Of a stretch of 64,000 nucleotides of DNA, positions 11,587 through 24,662 are shown piece by piece; the first letter of the stretch is position 1; each line of letters begins with the position of its first letter. Source of the DNA: Lepidodermella squamata (lineage: Eukaryota > Animalia > Gastrotricha); NCBI GenBank assembly GCA_047495785.1, contig JBLDXI010000002.1:744001-808000 (forward strand). Direction: 5' to 3'. The position numbers and the translations under genes are program-made. The notes under the pieces were generated by a model. That model searched no databases. It saw only the letters and a program-made list of their open reading frames with translations, and was not told the origin of the DNA.

Positions 11587-11695
11587 CATTCTACTTCGGT
11601 TTTGCAGGATCGGAGCGCACGTGCCCACATAACATGCAAAAAATGGCTAGCTTTTAGGATCGCGCGCTCCGATCCTGCTAAACCGAAGTAGAATG
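11587..11695. repeat. 35-bp inverted repeat (hairpin)
   Basis: 11587-11621 vs the reverse complement of 11661-11695: 33/35 identical, 39-nt loop. Confidence 0.85.
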
Positions 11696-12142
11696 GATGA
11701 TCTCTGAAATTTCCAAGCTTCTTCAACGTAAAAGTACTTCAAACCCTGGGCTTGTTCAAAATTAGTTTGAAGTTATGATTCATCTTACTTTTATTTTTCA
11801 TATTTCATCTCAAATATTGCAAAATTGTTCGCTAGAATATTCTCGCCGCAAGTGTAGTCATTTTATATTTATTCACCGCACTGATATAAATAATATTTGA
11901 ATTGCGTTTTGCGTTTTGATAACGGAAGATATAAATAGGGGGTGCTTGTGGATAACATTGTACCACCTATCAAATGAAATTAGGCTCTTGAATTCGTCAA
12001 GGACTTTCGAGGAAGCTTTCTTCATAGGTCTAAGCAACAAGTAACAATATATTCTTGCTTATGAGTCGTTGATAACGCAATTTCTATAATTTTTGAATTT
12101 TTCAAGCCATTGGATTTCCTTAGGTGAAATTTTGTATCAGCG

Positions 12143-12454
12143 ATGTCCGGTAATATACGCGATGTTAAACACGTCAGCCAGGCTACTTTATACCGTAAAG
12201 TAGCACATAATAATGGAGTAATCAGGGTTGGTTCTACTGGTGATCCAAATCAACGCAAATACGGATATCAAAACGAAGGCTACTCGGGCGTCATGTATGC
12301 TGCGAAAACAACGAACATGATGTCAGCAGAAGATAGGCTGTTACAACATGCCAAAGCCCACAACGCTGCACGGCATAACGTTCATGGAAGCAGTAATGCT
12401 CAGCAAACTTCAGGGTATGTGTACGGCATCGATGGCAAGAAATACAAAAAATAG
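12143..12454 (+). CDS. Small 103-aa protein, putative circularly permuted GIY-YIG-like domain
   Basis: Motifs IRVGSTGDPNQRKYGY, AEDRLL, HN and a C-terminal GYVYGI. TATAAATA at about 11930 and AATAAA at about 12669. Confidence 0.6.
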   Translation: MSGNIRDVKHVSQATLYRKVAHNNGVIRVGSTGDPNQRKYGYQNEGYSGVMYAAKTTNMMSAEDRLLQHAKAHNAARHNVHGSSNAQQTSGYVYGIDGKKYKK

Positions 12455-13918
12455 CAGCCATGTAACATATCAATCAGGTGCATATTTTTCTTTGTGAATT
12501 GTTTCCTTAATTCATATAATGTGCTCGCGGTGAGACTCCGTGCAGATGACAGATGACAGAGAACTGTCGGCACTCGATAATAGTTTCTGCTCTTAATGCA
12601 TTCCTATTGAATAGCCCGAATGATTCAAATGCTAATTAATGGTTAAAAAAATCAGATTGAATAATGCCAATAAAAAGGATTTATCAACTATACTTGAATT
12701 GCGATTGATAAAGCATCTCTTCGGGTATAGTGAACCAATTTCGCTCTTTTTTTAAGCCGCTATTGTAAAAGACCTTTGTGTATTATCTCTCTAGTTTACA
12801 ATTCCATTGAACTTCTTTAAAATTGCCGGATCCAATACGTTCGGAGAGACATGACTGCTAGATATGGCTTAGATTACAAATTAGTTGTGCTTCCACATAG
12901 ACAGATCACATCTGTTCGGATTCCGATGAATGTCATCGCGAGAAATCCCTCCCGTGCCATGTGAATTCCCTAGCCTTGAATAATATGTAAGCTGCAAGCG
13001 CGCCTAGTGCGCAAATGTAAGAAAAAACCGCTGCTCGCATAATTGAGGCAATCAACAAGAAAAGCAATAAAATGGTTTTACGGTTTGTCTTAAGAGGTCA
13101 CCATACAATGGTTATTTGATTGGTAATCACGCGCTGATCCATTGTTCGAGGTTTTCTTGCTTTTCTTTCGCACCGTCTTAATTGAGGCAATTGTCTTTTT
13201 TTGCCCTCGATTGCGGTGGCGCAATTGCCGTTGCATCGCAACAATGGCGCGCTTATTGAACGTTTTTCCTCTAGCGGCTGTCCGGTATTATTAGGGACGG
13301 CCTTCTGCAAACCTCGATCTTCGATTATCGATATTCTCAAAATTTAATAAGCTAGGTATCTGTTGAACTAAGTGGTCTTTGTCGCATTTTATTTCGAGAA
13401 AGTCTGAGTTTGAATGTTTTCGACGTGATCAACAGTTCCATCGATTTTATTCTTTTATCATGTTGTTTTGCGGCATTTATCACACTTTTGGGTGTTAGTA
13501 TAAACTCTTTTGCGATATTCATCGATACTTTCCCTGCTAACATACCCTAGATGCCATAACAAATGAGAATTAGGATTTGTTGTTGCAACCGGCAATTCGC
13601 AATCTGCGTCCTGGAGATTATTATTTTACACCGGGGCTATGGGAAATAGGACAACAAGTTCCGAACTGCCTTGCAAGAACCTAGTGCGATATCTACAAGA
13701 CTTCCGAAGTTTCTTTAGGACGAAAAATTGTTTATTTATTCTGGTGATTCTCGTCCTTTCCCGAGTATCTTATGTTCAGCTCTTAGAATTTAGAATTACA
13801 CGAAAAACCTAGAGTGATCCTTCTCCAAATTTAGTGCAACATCTAAAATGCCGTTTTTTTCAGGAATTTTTAGTCGTTGCGCAAATTTTCAGCGAAGCGG
13901 AACTCGTATGAATGAGCA

Positions 13919-15082
13919 ATGAGGCCGTTACTTTTATCGGCATGGATTTCGATTGCTTCAACGTCAGATATCCTCAAGATACACTACGATTCTCTCGAAA
14001 AACATCTCACCGAACAAAACTACCAAAAACTCTACGACGAATCTCGAATCACATGGGACATCTTTAACAAAACAACGGGCCCTTACTCAATCCTAGAAGT
14101 TCAAATCATTGACTACCTGCAATTCAGCGCCTTCCACCTGGAACGATTCAGAGAAGCTAGAGATTTATGCGAATGTGCGGTCAACAAATCGCTGCACTTT
14201 GGCGCTCGCGTCAAATTTTACGAGGAACTGCTTTTCTATCAATACTTGAAAAATGAGAACATGACTGACTTCACTGCAAAGGAGAAACTTGAATTTGCGA
14301 AAAAATTAGCGACAACGCGAAGATTCGACTCATGCAATGAAGAGCGAGCCTTAAATCCCAAACTATTCTGCAGATACGACAACCGAAATCTGCACCCTTT
14401 GTTGATTTTATCGCCTATTAAGGAGGAATATTTACATTTCGACCCGATTGTCGTTCTGTTTCACGATATGATTTCTAAGTCCCAATTATTGAGCCTAATT
14501 TCTTCAGCAAGCAATTCTATGGTCGATTCTTTGGTTGACAATGCCGCTGGAGGGGTTCAGCGATTTGACATTCGAAGGTCGAAATCTGCAATATTGGAAT
14601 CAGCACTTTTCCCGAAGCTCAACCTCGATCTTAAGTCTAAGTCGATTACAGCTTACGTTGGGCTTAAAATCGATGGCGAAGGTGCCGAGAGGTATCAAGT
14701 CGCTAACTACGATATTGGCGGCAATTATGCACCACATCACGATTACCTGTACCCGAACGAAACCGGCAGTCGAGGAGATCGAATCGCGACTCTATTGATT
14801 TATCTGAATGACGTTGAAAGCGGGGGTGGAACCGTGTTTACCCACCTTAAATTTCGCGTTTTGCCCAATCCTGGCGCGGCGTTGTTTTGGTACAATTACC
14901 AGAAGAATGAAACCCCTGATCGGATGTCGTACCATGGTGGGTGTCCGGTGCTGAATGGTGAGAAATGGGTGTCGAATAAGTGGTTCAGGCTTCGTGGGCA
15001 ATTCTTACATAGGCCTTGCGGCTTGGACAAGTCCGAGCAATTTACGCCTGAAGATTTTGTTCTGCCCGAGTGGCTTCGGTGA
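13919..15082 (+). CDS. Prolyl 4-hydroxylase alpha-subunit-like protein, intronless
   Basis: LxCRY...PxLxLxPxKEE, YQVANYxIGGxYxPHHD (HxD), GDRIATLLIYLNDVESGGGTVF, HGGCPVLxGEKW motifs. Confidence 0.92.
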   Translation: MRPLLLSAWISIASTSDILKIHYDSLEKHLTEQNYQKLYDESRITWDIFNKTTGPYSILEVQIIDYLQFSAFHLERFREARDLCECAVNKSLHFGARVKFYEELLFYQYLKNENMTDFTAKEKLEFAKKLATTRRFDSCNEERALNPKLFCRYDNRNLHPLLILSPIKEEYLHFDPIVVLFHDMISKSQLLSLISSASNSMVDSLVDNAAGGVQRFDIRRSKSAILESALFPKLNLDLKSKSITAYVGLKIDGEGAERYQVANYDIGGNYAPHHDYLYPNETGSRGDRIATLLIYLNDVESGGGTVFTHLKFRVLPNPGAALFWYNYQKNETPDRMSYHGGCPVLNGEKWVSNKWFRLRGQFLHRPCGLDKSEQFTPEDFVLPEWLR

Positions 15083-15479
15083 TATTTAGAGATTATTTAC
15101 TGCGATATTTTTCAGCTATCAGCTTTCATGGAACTGTTAAAATGAGAGATCGTAAAGAAATTTCCTGTAATTTGAATGCTAAAATAAAAGTGTTGGCATC
15201 GCGTTTGCGTAACTTTGATTTTTGAACAAAAGTGTTTGCGGCAGAATCAGAATTTTTATGACACACTATCATGATCAAATTCAATCAACGGCGGAAATAT
15301 CGGTGCTAAATGAAAAAAAGTTATTAATTTTTCTAGAAATTACGAGAAATTAATGGAGATAATATTATTATTATTATTTACCTATTTTAATTTTTTTTGT
15401 CTGCATTCATTGAAAAATTATGTAGTTCAACCTCATAATCTACATATTAAAGCATTAACGTGACAACAATAAGCACGCG

Positions 15480-15712
15480 AAAAAGTAGGCCATGACGCAA
15501 ACCAACGGCCTAATTATTTAACAAAGAGAAAAAAATACTATCATTAGTTCAGTCGTGCTCATCTTACGCGAAGAATATAGGCACGGTGATCATAAACAAG
15601 TTATATCTTTTCGAATTCCTCAAGATACGTGTCGACTTATTTGACGTAGGATGATTTTTTTATTGATCCGCCGTACTATATAATGATGACAGGCTGATCA
15701 GGCCCCAGAAAC
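15480..15712 (+). promoter_or_regulatory. Promoter of Sushi/CTL gene 1, conserved with the paralog's promoter at 29974-30213
   Basis: Shared blocks: AAAAGTAGGYCAT-N-GRCCTA palindrome, ACGTGTCGACTTA, a TATA-like box and AGGCTGAWCAGGCSCCAGAAACA. Confidence 0.65.
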
Positions 15713-15752
15713 AATATTACAACTCTCTTCATAATTTAAATTTGGCAACAAT

Positions 15753-17155
15753 ATGAAGTTGGCAAGCTTTGTTGTTGGACTGGCGTGTTTAGTCGTCGAT
15801 ATTCAAGGCGACACTGCAATAGCCAGTAAGACCTGTCCGCTTCCAACCTACGACGTCGGTGATTCAGCCGCGTTTTGGACGAGGAACCAAACAAGCCAGG
15901 CTAAGGTGGATGCAGGCTCACTCTTCGTCAGGGGATCTCGAGCCTTCCTCGTCTGTCCGACCGGCAAATTACCATCAAATATCGACGGCGCCATCGTTTG
16001 CTCCGGAGATAAAACGGTAGCCTGGCAGCCTGCTTCCGTCAAATGCTTATCAACCTGTGCTGTGCCCAAACCAGCCGATTATAACGTATCTGATAACGCT
16101 TCGTTCTGGCGGTCGACGTTGAAGGGAGAACGCTTGTCGGCTGGCGCTTTAATTCCGCTCAATTTCCAAATGACGCTTCAATGTAGCGGCCCGCGTAAGC
16201 CAACCCCATCTGCTGCAGTGACGTGCCAAGCTGATGGCTCATGGAAACCAACTGGAATCATCTGCCAAGCACCTGTAGTTGCAGTGACGGACAAAACTCA
16301 AGCCGACCAAATAGGTAATTTAATATTCAACTCCTTCAAGTATTCAAAATTAAATGGAGGAATCTTGAATCTCTTTAGCCTGCTCAAATCCCTATTTTCT
16401 GTTATATATCGTTGATCATCTCTATTTCCCACCAGTTAACGCACTAGACAAAGCAGCGGCCAATGGTGGCCGTTGTGGAGTGCCTCGTCTGAACTGCGTT
16501 CGCAAGCTCCGTTACAACACCACAGCCAAATACTACACATTTGACTGCGCAGGCGAGTGTACGCTTCAGGGCAACAACACGATAACGCATGACGACGAAA
16601 CAGGAGAGTGGACACCTAATGGCTTCTGCAACCGCACTTTTGTTCCTTGCAATGTCGGCTGGGCTGATCGGTTTTTCAAGATTAAGGGCGCAATGCTTTG
16701 GGAAGATGCTCATCAGAATTGCAGCGATGATGCGGCTAAACGGAATAAGAAGGCTCGTCTGGCTGTTATAAGTAATACAGACCAGCAAAAGTACATAACA
16801 GCAAACCTTGTTTGTGAGTGCTACCTAGCCCCTAAAGGCCAAGTTTTTAACCTCATATCTTTCATTTTAAGCTGACGCAACAGATGCTACCGAATGTACG
16901 GGTTATTGGATTGGAGCCAAAGTGACTGACGCTGTTAATGGAACTGGGACCATTGTACGTTGGGGCACTGATGGTAGCAAGCTTTCCCTTGCCAATTGGG
17001 CCGATAAGCAACCTGACCGAGTTGGATGCACGAAGCCAACAGACACTGGCGCCGATTTATCTACTTGCGTTCGCGTTGGCAAAACGGGTCTTTGGAGTGA
17101 TGTCTACTGCGCTACCGACAAGGTCGAGGGCGCAATCTGCGAATACGTGTGTTGA
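15753..17155 (+). CDS. Secreted Sushi/CCP-like + C-type lectin protein (gene 1)
   Basis: Exons 15753-16314, 16436-16813, 16872-17155. Signal peptide, three CCP-like modules (C..C..W..C), and a CTL with YWIG, QPD, WSD and AICE. Confidence 0.88.
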
Positions 17156-18035
17156 AGATTCGGATTTCCACACCCGGTTCGCCATTAACAAGCAAAAATC
17201 AGTTATTTTAAGGATAACATTCAATCTGCTTGAACTATTTTTCGAACTAAATAAATAAATTTTACTTTTCGATACGCTACGACGGAATTGCGGCGATTTC
17301 CTCTTTTTCAGGACATTTTGACGGCGAGCGATAGTGTCAAAGGGCTACTTTCTAATAGCCTTGCGGTTTTTATACCAAAATAAACTTCAGACAATCCTCT
17401 ATCGATTGATTATAGGGTATAGGGGTGTGGCGCGAAGGAATTGTTGGAGAAAAAGTGTAATTACATCCAAGTTTTGAGTCGGTTATGTTTGCGTGAACTT
17501 CCCACGCACTCATAATGAAGTGTGCGCGTAAACTTTTTCCCATTGACCTTTTCATTTGAGAAGCCTATATCCAATCGATAGAGAATTTCCTGAACTATGG
17601 GCAGGCATAAAAACCGCCAGATTATTCGAAAGTAGCCCTTTGACGTCACCCCACGCCGTCCGATTGGCACTTGTGGATATAAGAGTGCCTGCAAATTGAA
17701 GAAAAACCGTATACCGCATTACAAATTGTTTATTCAAATTCAAGCATAAAATTAAAAAACAATAAATATATCGTTTTGGCACGTTAGTCAGTAAATTATT
17801 CGGAAAAATATCAAGTTAAAATGGAATGGTTACATCAGAGTACATCAGAGAAATATTTGCATTAAAATTACTAGTGGGAAAAATGGAATTAATTATCACA
17901 AAAGCATGACTTCGGCTACACGCAGTTTTAAACTCAAACCGGGAAAAATAATCAGAGAAAATTATTACAGCAAAAAGTATTTTTTTCGTAAAATTGGAAT
18001 GTGATACAATAAATTTGCTATAATATCACGTTTTT

Positions 18036-21000
18036 TCATAACGAAATCTGCGAAACAGTTTCGCCGAGATCTGACGAAGGCGATGATGGCCTGTCAGGCG
18101 GTTCTTCCTGATTCAGCGCATTTTCAATGTTATTCTTACTCGACTTCACCAGAGACGCTTTATTCTTGACCACAAACGTCCGGCTATCCTCCGTCGCCAT
18201 GATCGGCGCCAGTTTCGATAGATACGGATTATTCGCCGACGATTGGCTGATAACTTTCGGCCCATTCTCGACCCCGATCAGTTTCGGCGGCGTGTTAACT
18301 CGATATTCAACCGGGCCGGGTGGTAGATAGGTCGTTACATATTGCGCTGATGGTTGGGGTAGCACTGGTTCCGACATTGGAACCGGCTCCAGGATTTGAT
18401 TCAACTTCGCATCAGCGACTAATTTTTTAGCATGGCAGGTTCCTGAGACAATATGCCGGCCAGCTGTTTGTAGGCTCGAAGGTTGGGGCAGGGTCGATTT
18501 GAAGCCTTTCGGGTTTTCATCTTCCTGGTTTTTCCCATTCGCGTCCTTTCGGTATTCCGCGATACAGGCTGGGGTGATTTCGACATTTTGTGATGAATGG
18601 TCTTGAACCATGTCGGCGAGGTCGAGTCGGCCTAAATCTGTTAGAGCTTCGATTAGTTGGCTCACTTGGTCTTTATCTCGTGAGGTTCGGCGTTTCCATA
18701 GCAGCAGGATTCGATAGGTAACTTCGATAAGGGACAGGCCTTCGGATAACGCGTCGAATCCTATTCCGGTTATCATTGAATCGGGTAGGCCGAGGTTCAG
18801 GGCTAGCACTAGGCCGTCGCGGAGCTCACTAGCCAGACAATGCAGAGACCGGCCAGATAAAGCTCGAGGCTCTTTGGCTGAAAAAATCGGAAAATTAGAA
18901 AATTCCCAGCTAATTCGAGAGCAATTTATAGTTTAGTGGTAAAATTTCGTATTAAAGACCAAGAAAGCTAAATGTGAACTAAAGTTTCATTGATGGAATC
19001 AATGTTAAATAGCTTCAACATTTTTCTAAATTTTAAATATTCCTAACACAAAGGGAACCTGAACCTTTGCCAAAGGTTCGATAGGTTCGAAAAGGAATTT
19101 GAGATTTATGTTTTCTGAGTTACAAATTTCCTATTTGCTATGTTTGACAAAGGTAAAGTTGTAAAATTTGAATTTACTGTAGTCATTTCGTCGGCGATGA
19201 TCCGGAAGTTGAGCTGTTAACCGCATGAAAGCTGCCGAGATCGGCTTCGGACCAGCAGGAGTCGCAGCTGGTGCCAATTTTTCCTTCTTTGCAGAATAAG
19301 GAACATCCGTGTATGGATTCTGGAAATAAGCAAATATAAGTCTCATTCAAACGATCATCATTTGAATTTTCAAAATATTTTCAAAATTAAACAAAATTCT
19401 AAAAAAAACGAAGGAAAATGAGGATCTTATTCCGAAATTTTAGATTTTTTTCTATAATTATTCAACATTTACAATATTATTCTTAGTTTACTTACATTAG
19501 CCAAGAATTTGTCCAGCGGATCCATCTCTTTCGGGGGTGGCGGGGGTGGAGCAACTACCTGCGGCGGGTGTATAATGTCGTACCACTCCTTGACCTGATC
19601 CCGGGTGATATCAACCGCAAATGATGCCAGTTCTCGATATTCGCAGCTTTCATCATTCGAAACCAGGCCAGCCTTCATGACACCGTAGACATTACGCACG
19701 TTGTCCGAAATTAGGTCAGGTTCGATGCGAAACTCAACGTCGTGGTCGTCGAGGAACGGGTGCGTTTGAACCATGATGTCCGGTTTTTTGCCGTTATCGG
19801 CCCACCGAATCTCGCCTTCGATTGTTAGCCGGATGAACTGGCCAACGGTGATTGAGAGCGGGTTTGAGGCTAGGGTAGACGAGGCAGCGTCCAGGTCGTA
19901 TTTTGTCGACTTTTTCGCCAGTGGCAGGCGACTACGACCGCCGGGTAGGATAACCTTGTTAGAAGACGATTCCATCTCGTCAGGATCCTAAATCAGCAAA
20001 AAATGCAGGAATTTGAGAAAAAGAATGAATTCAATAATACAAAAAACAATCAGACAATCTAAATCTCAATAACAACGAAAATTGCATGCTATAAAAACTG
20101 TGCGAAACCAAAAATAACCCACATTTCGAGGCGTTTCTACCGTCTGCGAAGCCGAATCAAAATGTAAAATGAGAAAAATGAAGCTAATAATGCGAAATTA
20201 CTAGTATAATTAATATCTCCAGAGCTAAAATGCATCAAGGCTGCCTTGGAAAAATTATTGGACAAAAATTTGCCGGTGAAAACCCGGATAACCCCGATGG
20301 TAACTGGTTTGGTAATTTTCGGTATTTTGCCCGGTTGGACCGAATTTCTCCGGATTTTTCAATACAATTATTTGTTGACCTACTTTATGTATTACTATTC
20401 TTATTATAATTATTAATATTCTCATAATAATAGTTATAGTAATTAAGTGGGTCAACTAATAATTGTATTAAAAAAATCCGGAGAAATTCGGGATAAATAC
20501 CGATTTTGACCAAACAAGTTACCATCGGGGTCATCCGGGTTTTCACCGGCAAACTTATGCCGATTTCTCAAGGATTTCTCATGGCAATTGAATGTTTGGA
20601 AGATTTTTTTATTACTCATAGGACACCCTTACCCGTATCATTTGAGGGTTCCTAAGATTTCCAAAATTCAGGGTTACAGAACTGAATTTTTCAGTTTCAG
20701 AGCTGTACCCCAACCTACAGAGCGGATATTGATTTCAACTATCGATTTTTTAAGTAAATGATTTTTCGATAATATCAGCACACATACCTATGAGTCTATG
20801 GTCAATCGGCGACAGATTCCAAAATTTGTAAAAAATTTCGAAAGGGTATCTCTGGAACCTCAATTTTAGGGCGCTATATAGTTCCATTTTAAACTTTATC
20901 TCAGATTAATTTCCATCTGAAATAAAAAATTCCATTTTTGAAATACAAAATTTTTTGAACTTTATTTTTCAGCTGAAATGCATTCCGTGAGATTTTTCCG

Positions 21001-24000
21001 CCTATGAAGCAGCTCTACTTCTGAATTCTACTTCAAACTCTGAAGCTTCCTTAAATTTACCTTGATAACAACTTGAGCCCGGAGTGGTTTGAATCCCCGT
21101 TCTGCCTTTTTGTTGAGCCACTCCTGGCGATGCTTTTCGCCCCGAACAAGGTTGAAAGCGAGCCAAAACACGCCATCAGTCGAGCGGCCGCACGCCGCTG
21201 CCTCCCAGCCGTGAAGCACAAACGACTGCTGGTAGATGAACGTGACAGCGTTGCCCTGGTACGGGTTCAAATTCGAAATTGTATAAGCGACCATGTAAGA
21301 ACCGAGGCGGCGCGTGTCGAAGGCGAGGGTCGTTTTTGTGATCTGCTTCGACGGCGACTCGAACAACGTCCAACCAGCGCCTTTGAGCGGCCCCGGGCGA
21401 TGGAAAATTCGCCAGACGCAATCTTTGTCCGGAAGTTTTTCTGGTAACTAGAAAAGTAAAATAATATTGAAAAAATTATAAAATTATAAAAAAATCGTAA
21501 TAATTTTTGAAAAAAATTAAAAAATCATTGAAAAATTATTGAAAAAAAAATAAAAAAATATCGAAGAAATGTAAAACATCATTGAAATTTTTTTTAAATG
21601 TCTACATAACACACACGATCATAAAATCGAACACAATAAAAATTCACAGCAAAATTTATTCTCAGCTAACTAGATCAATTTAAAATCAACTCCAATTAAA
21701 TTAAAAAAATCGCCAATTAAATTAAAAATATTCTAACGCGTTTGGCGACGAGCTTTCGAAAAATTCCAATATTATTAAAATTTGTTTATATAAATTTCGA
21801 AAATTCCAAACTTACATCTGGAAGAGGGAGTCGAATGGTTGCAGCTCGGTTGTAGTCGCTACTCAACGTCGTGCCATTTTCATTCGAAGGCCCAGGCAGC
21901 TCTTCGAAATCGAAAACATCCGACAGCACGACCAAATCGCCTAATTGCATCATATCCACCTTAAATTTCTTGAGTAGATCTATCGGAACGGGGATAACGC
22001 GATGCCGGTATTTCCGCTCCTTCTGATGATGGGCGAGGGCGCCTTTCGGGAACCGCCCGGAGACGTAGCGGCTTAATTTCGATGTGAAAAGTAACCCGGA
22101 AGGCGGTAGGCTGAAAAATTCCTCCTTAACCGTGCAGACGATCATCCATAGCCCAGGCGAGTTTGACGTAACCCTAACCACTCTGTTGTTATTTTGCATC
22201 GAAAATACAACACCCTCAGACACGACAACCCAGCCGTCCTGCGATACGATCGGGCTCATAGTCGGCAGGGTGGTTTCGCCGAAAAACTCCTGCGGCCCTG
22301 TGCCGTTAGCTGCGTCTACGTTTTTAGCCGCCTTGGTCGAGGTTGTACGATGTAGGACGTTGTAAACGTAATGAGTGGTCGGCAGGTTGTAGACAGGCAT
22401 GTCCAGGGTATAACTCCCGGGTAAATTATTCGTATAACTCTCGCAGACAACGTAGATTTCTGAGACTAGCCGTGAAAACGCGTCAGTGAACGAAAATTTA
22501 AGGTGGCGCTCCGCGGCTGGCACAGTGCCAAGCGTGATTGAGTCGCGTTTGCCGAGCGAATCCGGCGATATGCTGATAGCGGCGCCGTTGTCCATTTTAA
22601 TGGCTGTTACGCGGTTGATGTAGGCCACGCGCTTGCGCTTTTTCGCCGACGGTGCGCTGCCGCCGGGCTTTTCGATTGACCCATCGCGCATTTTCGACAG
22701 GCTGGCCCTTTTTAATTGGTTAAAATTAGTTAAAATTAATAGTTTAGATTATAACCTAAACTGATAATAGGGTCGTGTAAAATTTCAAATTAAAAAGCGG
22801 GTTTTAATTAAATTCTGTGGAACGGTAATAATAATTAGTGGAAAAGCGAATTAATTCTAAAATTAACACTGATTTCCGTGATATTTCGAGTAATAAAGCA
22901 AGAATTTCCATCCAGAAAAATAGAAAATTAGAATTTGTAGTTTTTTTATGTAATGATGGAAACCAATTTGTATTTTTGCCGGTGCAAATTTTTTGATGGA
23001 AAAATACATGCAAAAAAATGGCAAGGGAAATAAGGTCCAACCGAGAATTTCCGGAATTAACAGAAAATGCACTAAAATTCCGGAATTTTTTTCAGCGATA
23101 TAATATGTTCAAAGATGATTCAAGTATTCCAATTTCTGGTGCAAAACTGACTTAATATCAATCATTTTTTGGTTGAATGAGCTTTTTATGAGGATAAATT
23201 TCACTGATGAATTATTGTTGACGTAAAAAGAAGGTTGCCAAGCGTCACAAGGATGCTGCTCTATTCATAAAAGTGGTATATTTTTTCTTCACCCTCTATC
23301 GGCCGGGTTCTAGCGACATGCATGGGAGCTTATTCAATCGCGCACGCGTCGCTTTGATGAGGCGTGACCAGACGTCAGGTGCACTATTTTTCGGCGTAAA
23401 CAACAACAACAAAAGAATGAGCCAAGTTCACGCCCGCTGGTTTTGGCGCGCGCGCGCAATAGTAATTAAGGTGGCTAATGAGGCGCGGTATTAGCGAAAA
23501 TTCGGGTGATGGCGAGTAACAAAATATTGGTTTTAAAAGCGTGGGGCCTAAAAACTTGGCTGAAAACTTACCACAGCAAGCTATAAGCAGCGTCCATTTT
23601 GTTGTAAGCGCGGGAGAGTTCGATACATGTGAACGCGTATATGGATGGTGTGGTGTAATAATAAATATTCGATTTTTTTCTGTGCGCGCGTGCGCGCGTA
23701 GCAACCTTAATAAACTCTACATTGGCGCGATGCGCTTAGCAACAATTGCGCACAACTTTTATTATCATCGTCGTCGAAGGGTATCGAAACAAAAGAACTG
23801 GCCGTAAGAGATCAAATTACACCGCGTATCAAACCCGGACAGTTGCGGTTCCAGCATGATTATCATCAATAATAAATATACTCCGACAATGAGTAAGGGG
23901 AATTTCTTATTGATAAATTTGCATATTCGAGCAAAATTTATAAAAATATTATCAAAGAGAAGAGGTTCCTCTTGTCAATTACACAAAATGAATAAAATAT

Positions 24001-24662
24001 TTCTCCACCGAAAAATGAAGATAAAAGAAAAATAGTAAGTTGAATTTCGAAAGCAATATGTCCCAAAATTAAGAAAAATCCTTTAAGTGGCAGAAACTTG
24101 GTAACTGAGAAGAAAATATGACTGGTTAGCAATTTTTTTATCTCTATTGAATTTACCGGTGCGTTGTACCTAATAAATAGGACGCATGAATAGACTTTTT
24201 CTTATGCAGCTATTAATTCGATATTTTTAACACCTAATACAGCGCAAAAGCGAAGGTAGGCTTTGTAACAGTTCGCAAGAATAAGTAATCAATGAACCAC
24301 ATTTATCGCATATAAAAATATTTATAGGCGCAATGTTTCCATTTTAAATTTTTCTAAATTTTCGAAAATTTTAAAATTCGAATTCAAATATAAAAACCGG
24401 AGGTTTGAAGATTAAAAAGGAAAGAATAAGGGACTTACTTTTTCATTTTACCTAAATTCGTTAGCGATTTCCTAGTTAGGCCTTGGCGAGTTGTAGCAGC
24501 GGCTTTGGCGATGTTTTCTGTCGACGAAAAACGAACAGATTTAGTCAACGGCAGCGAATTACTGTTGTCCATGATGCTGTTGCTTTCCGAGACAATAGTC
24601 TCGATTGCGCCATCACAGTCGCGCTGTTCAAAATTCATCGATTTTTCGACGCGCAATTTCAT
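18036..24662 (-). CDS. ZU5/UPA-like + death-domain protein (DTHD1/PIDD/UNC5-like architecture)
   Basis: Multi-exon, approximately 24662-24439, 22707-21816, 21447-21061, 19987-19495, 19319-19178, 18877-18036. ZU5-like GRFPKGAL...VLSDVF...ATIRLPLP, and a death domain LVLALNLGLPDSMITGI...YRILLLWKRR...LIEALTDLGRLDLADMV. Internal boundaries are approximate. Confidence 0.72.
20269..20553. mobile_element. Foldback/MITE palindrome in an intron of the death-domain gene
   Basis: TTTGCCGGTGAAAACCCGGAT...CCGAATTTCTCCGGATTTTT is mirrored at 20471-20553 around an AT-rich spacer. The same arm occurs at about 43851, 46670 and 48315. Confidence 0.75.

Noticed and set aside
13098-13600. Possible pogo/Tigger HTH relic (IAKEFILTPKSV) on the minus strand
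   Set aside because: Only a short motif, with stops around it and no DDE domain or TIRs found.
23273-23807. CG-rich segment with short ORFs inside the first intron of the death-domain gene
   Set aside because: No coherent protein; it may be an enhancer, but this cannot be supported without conservation data.
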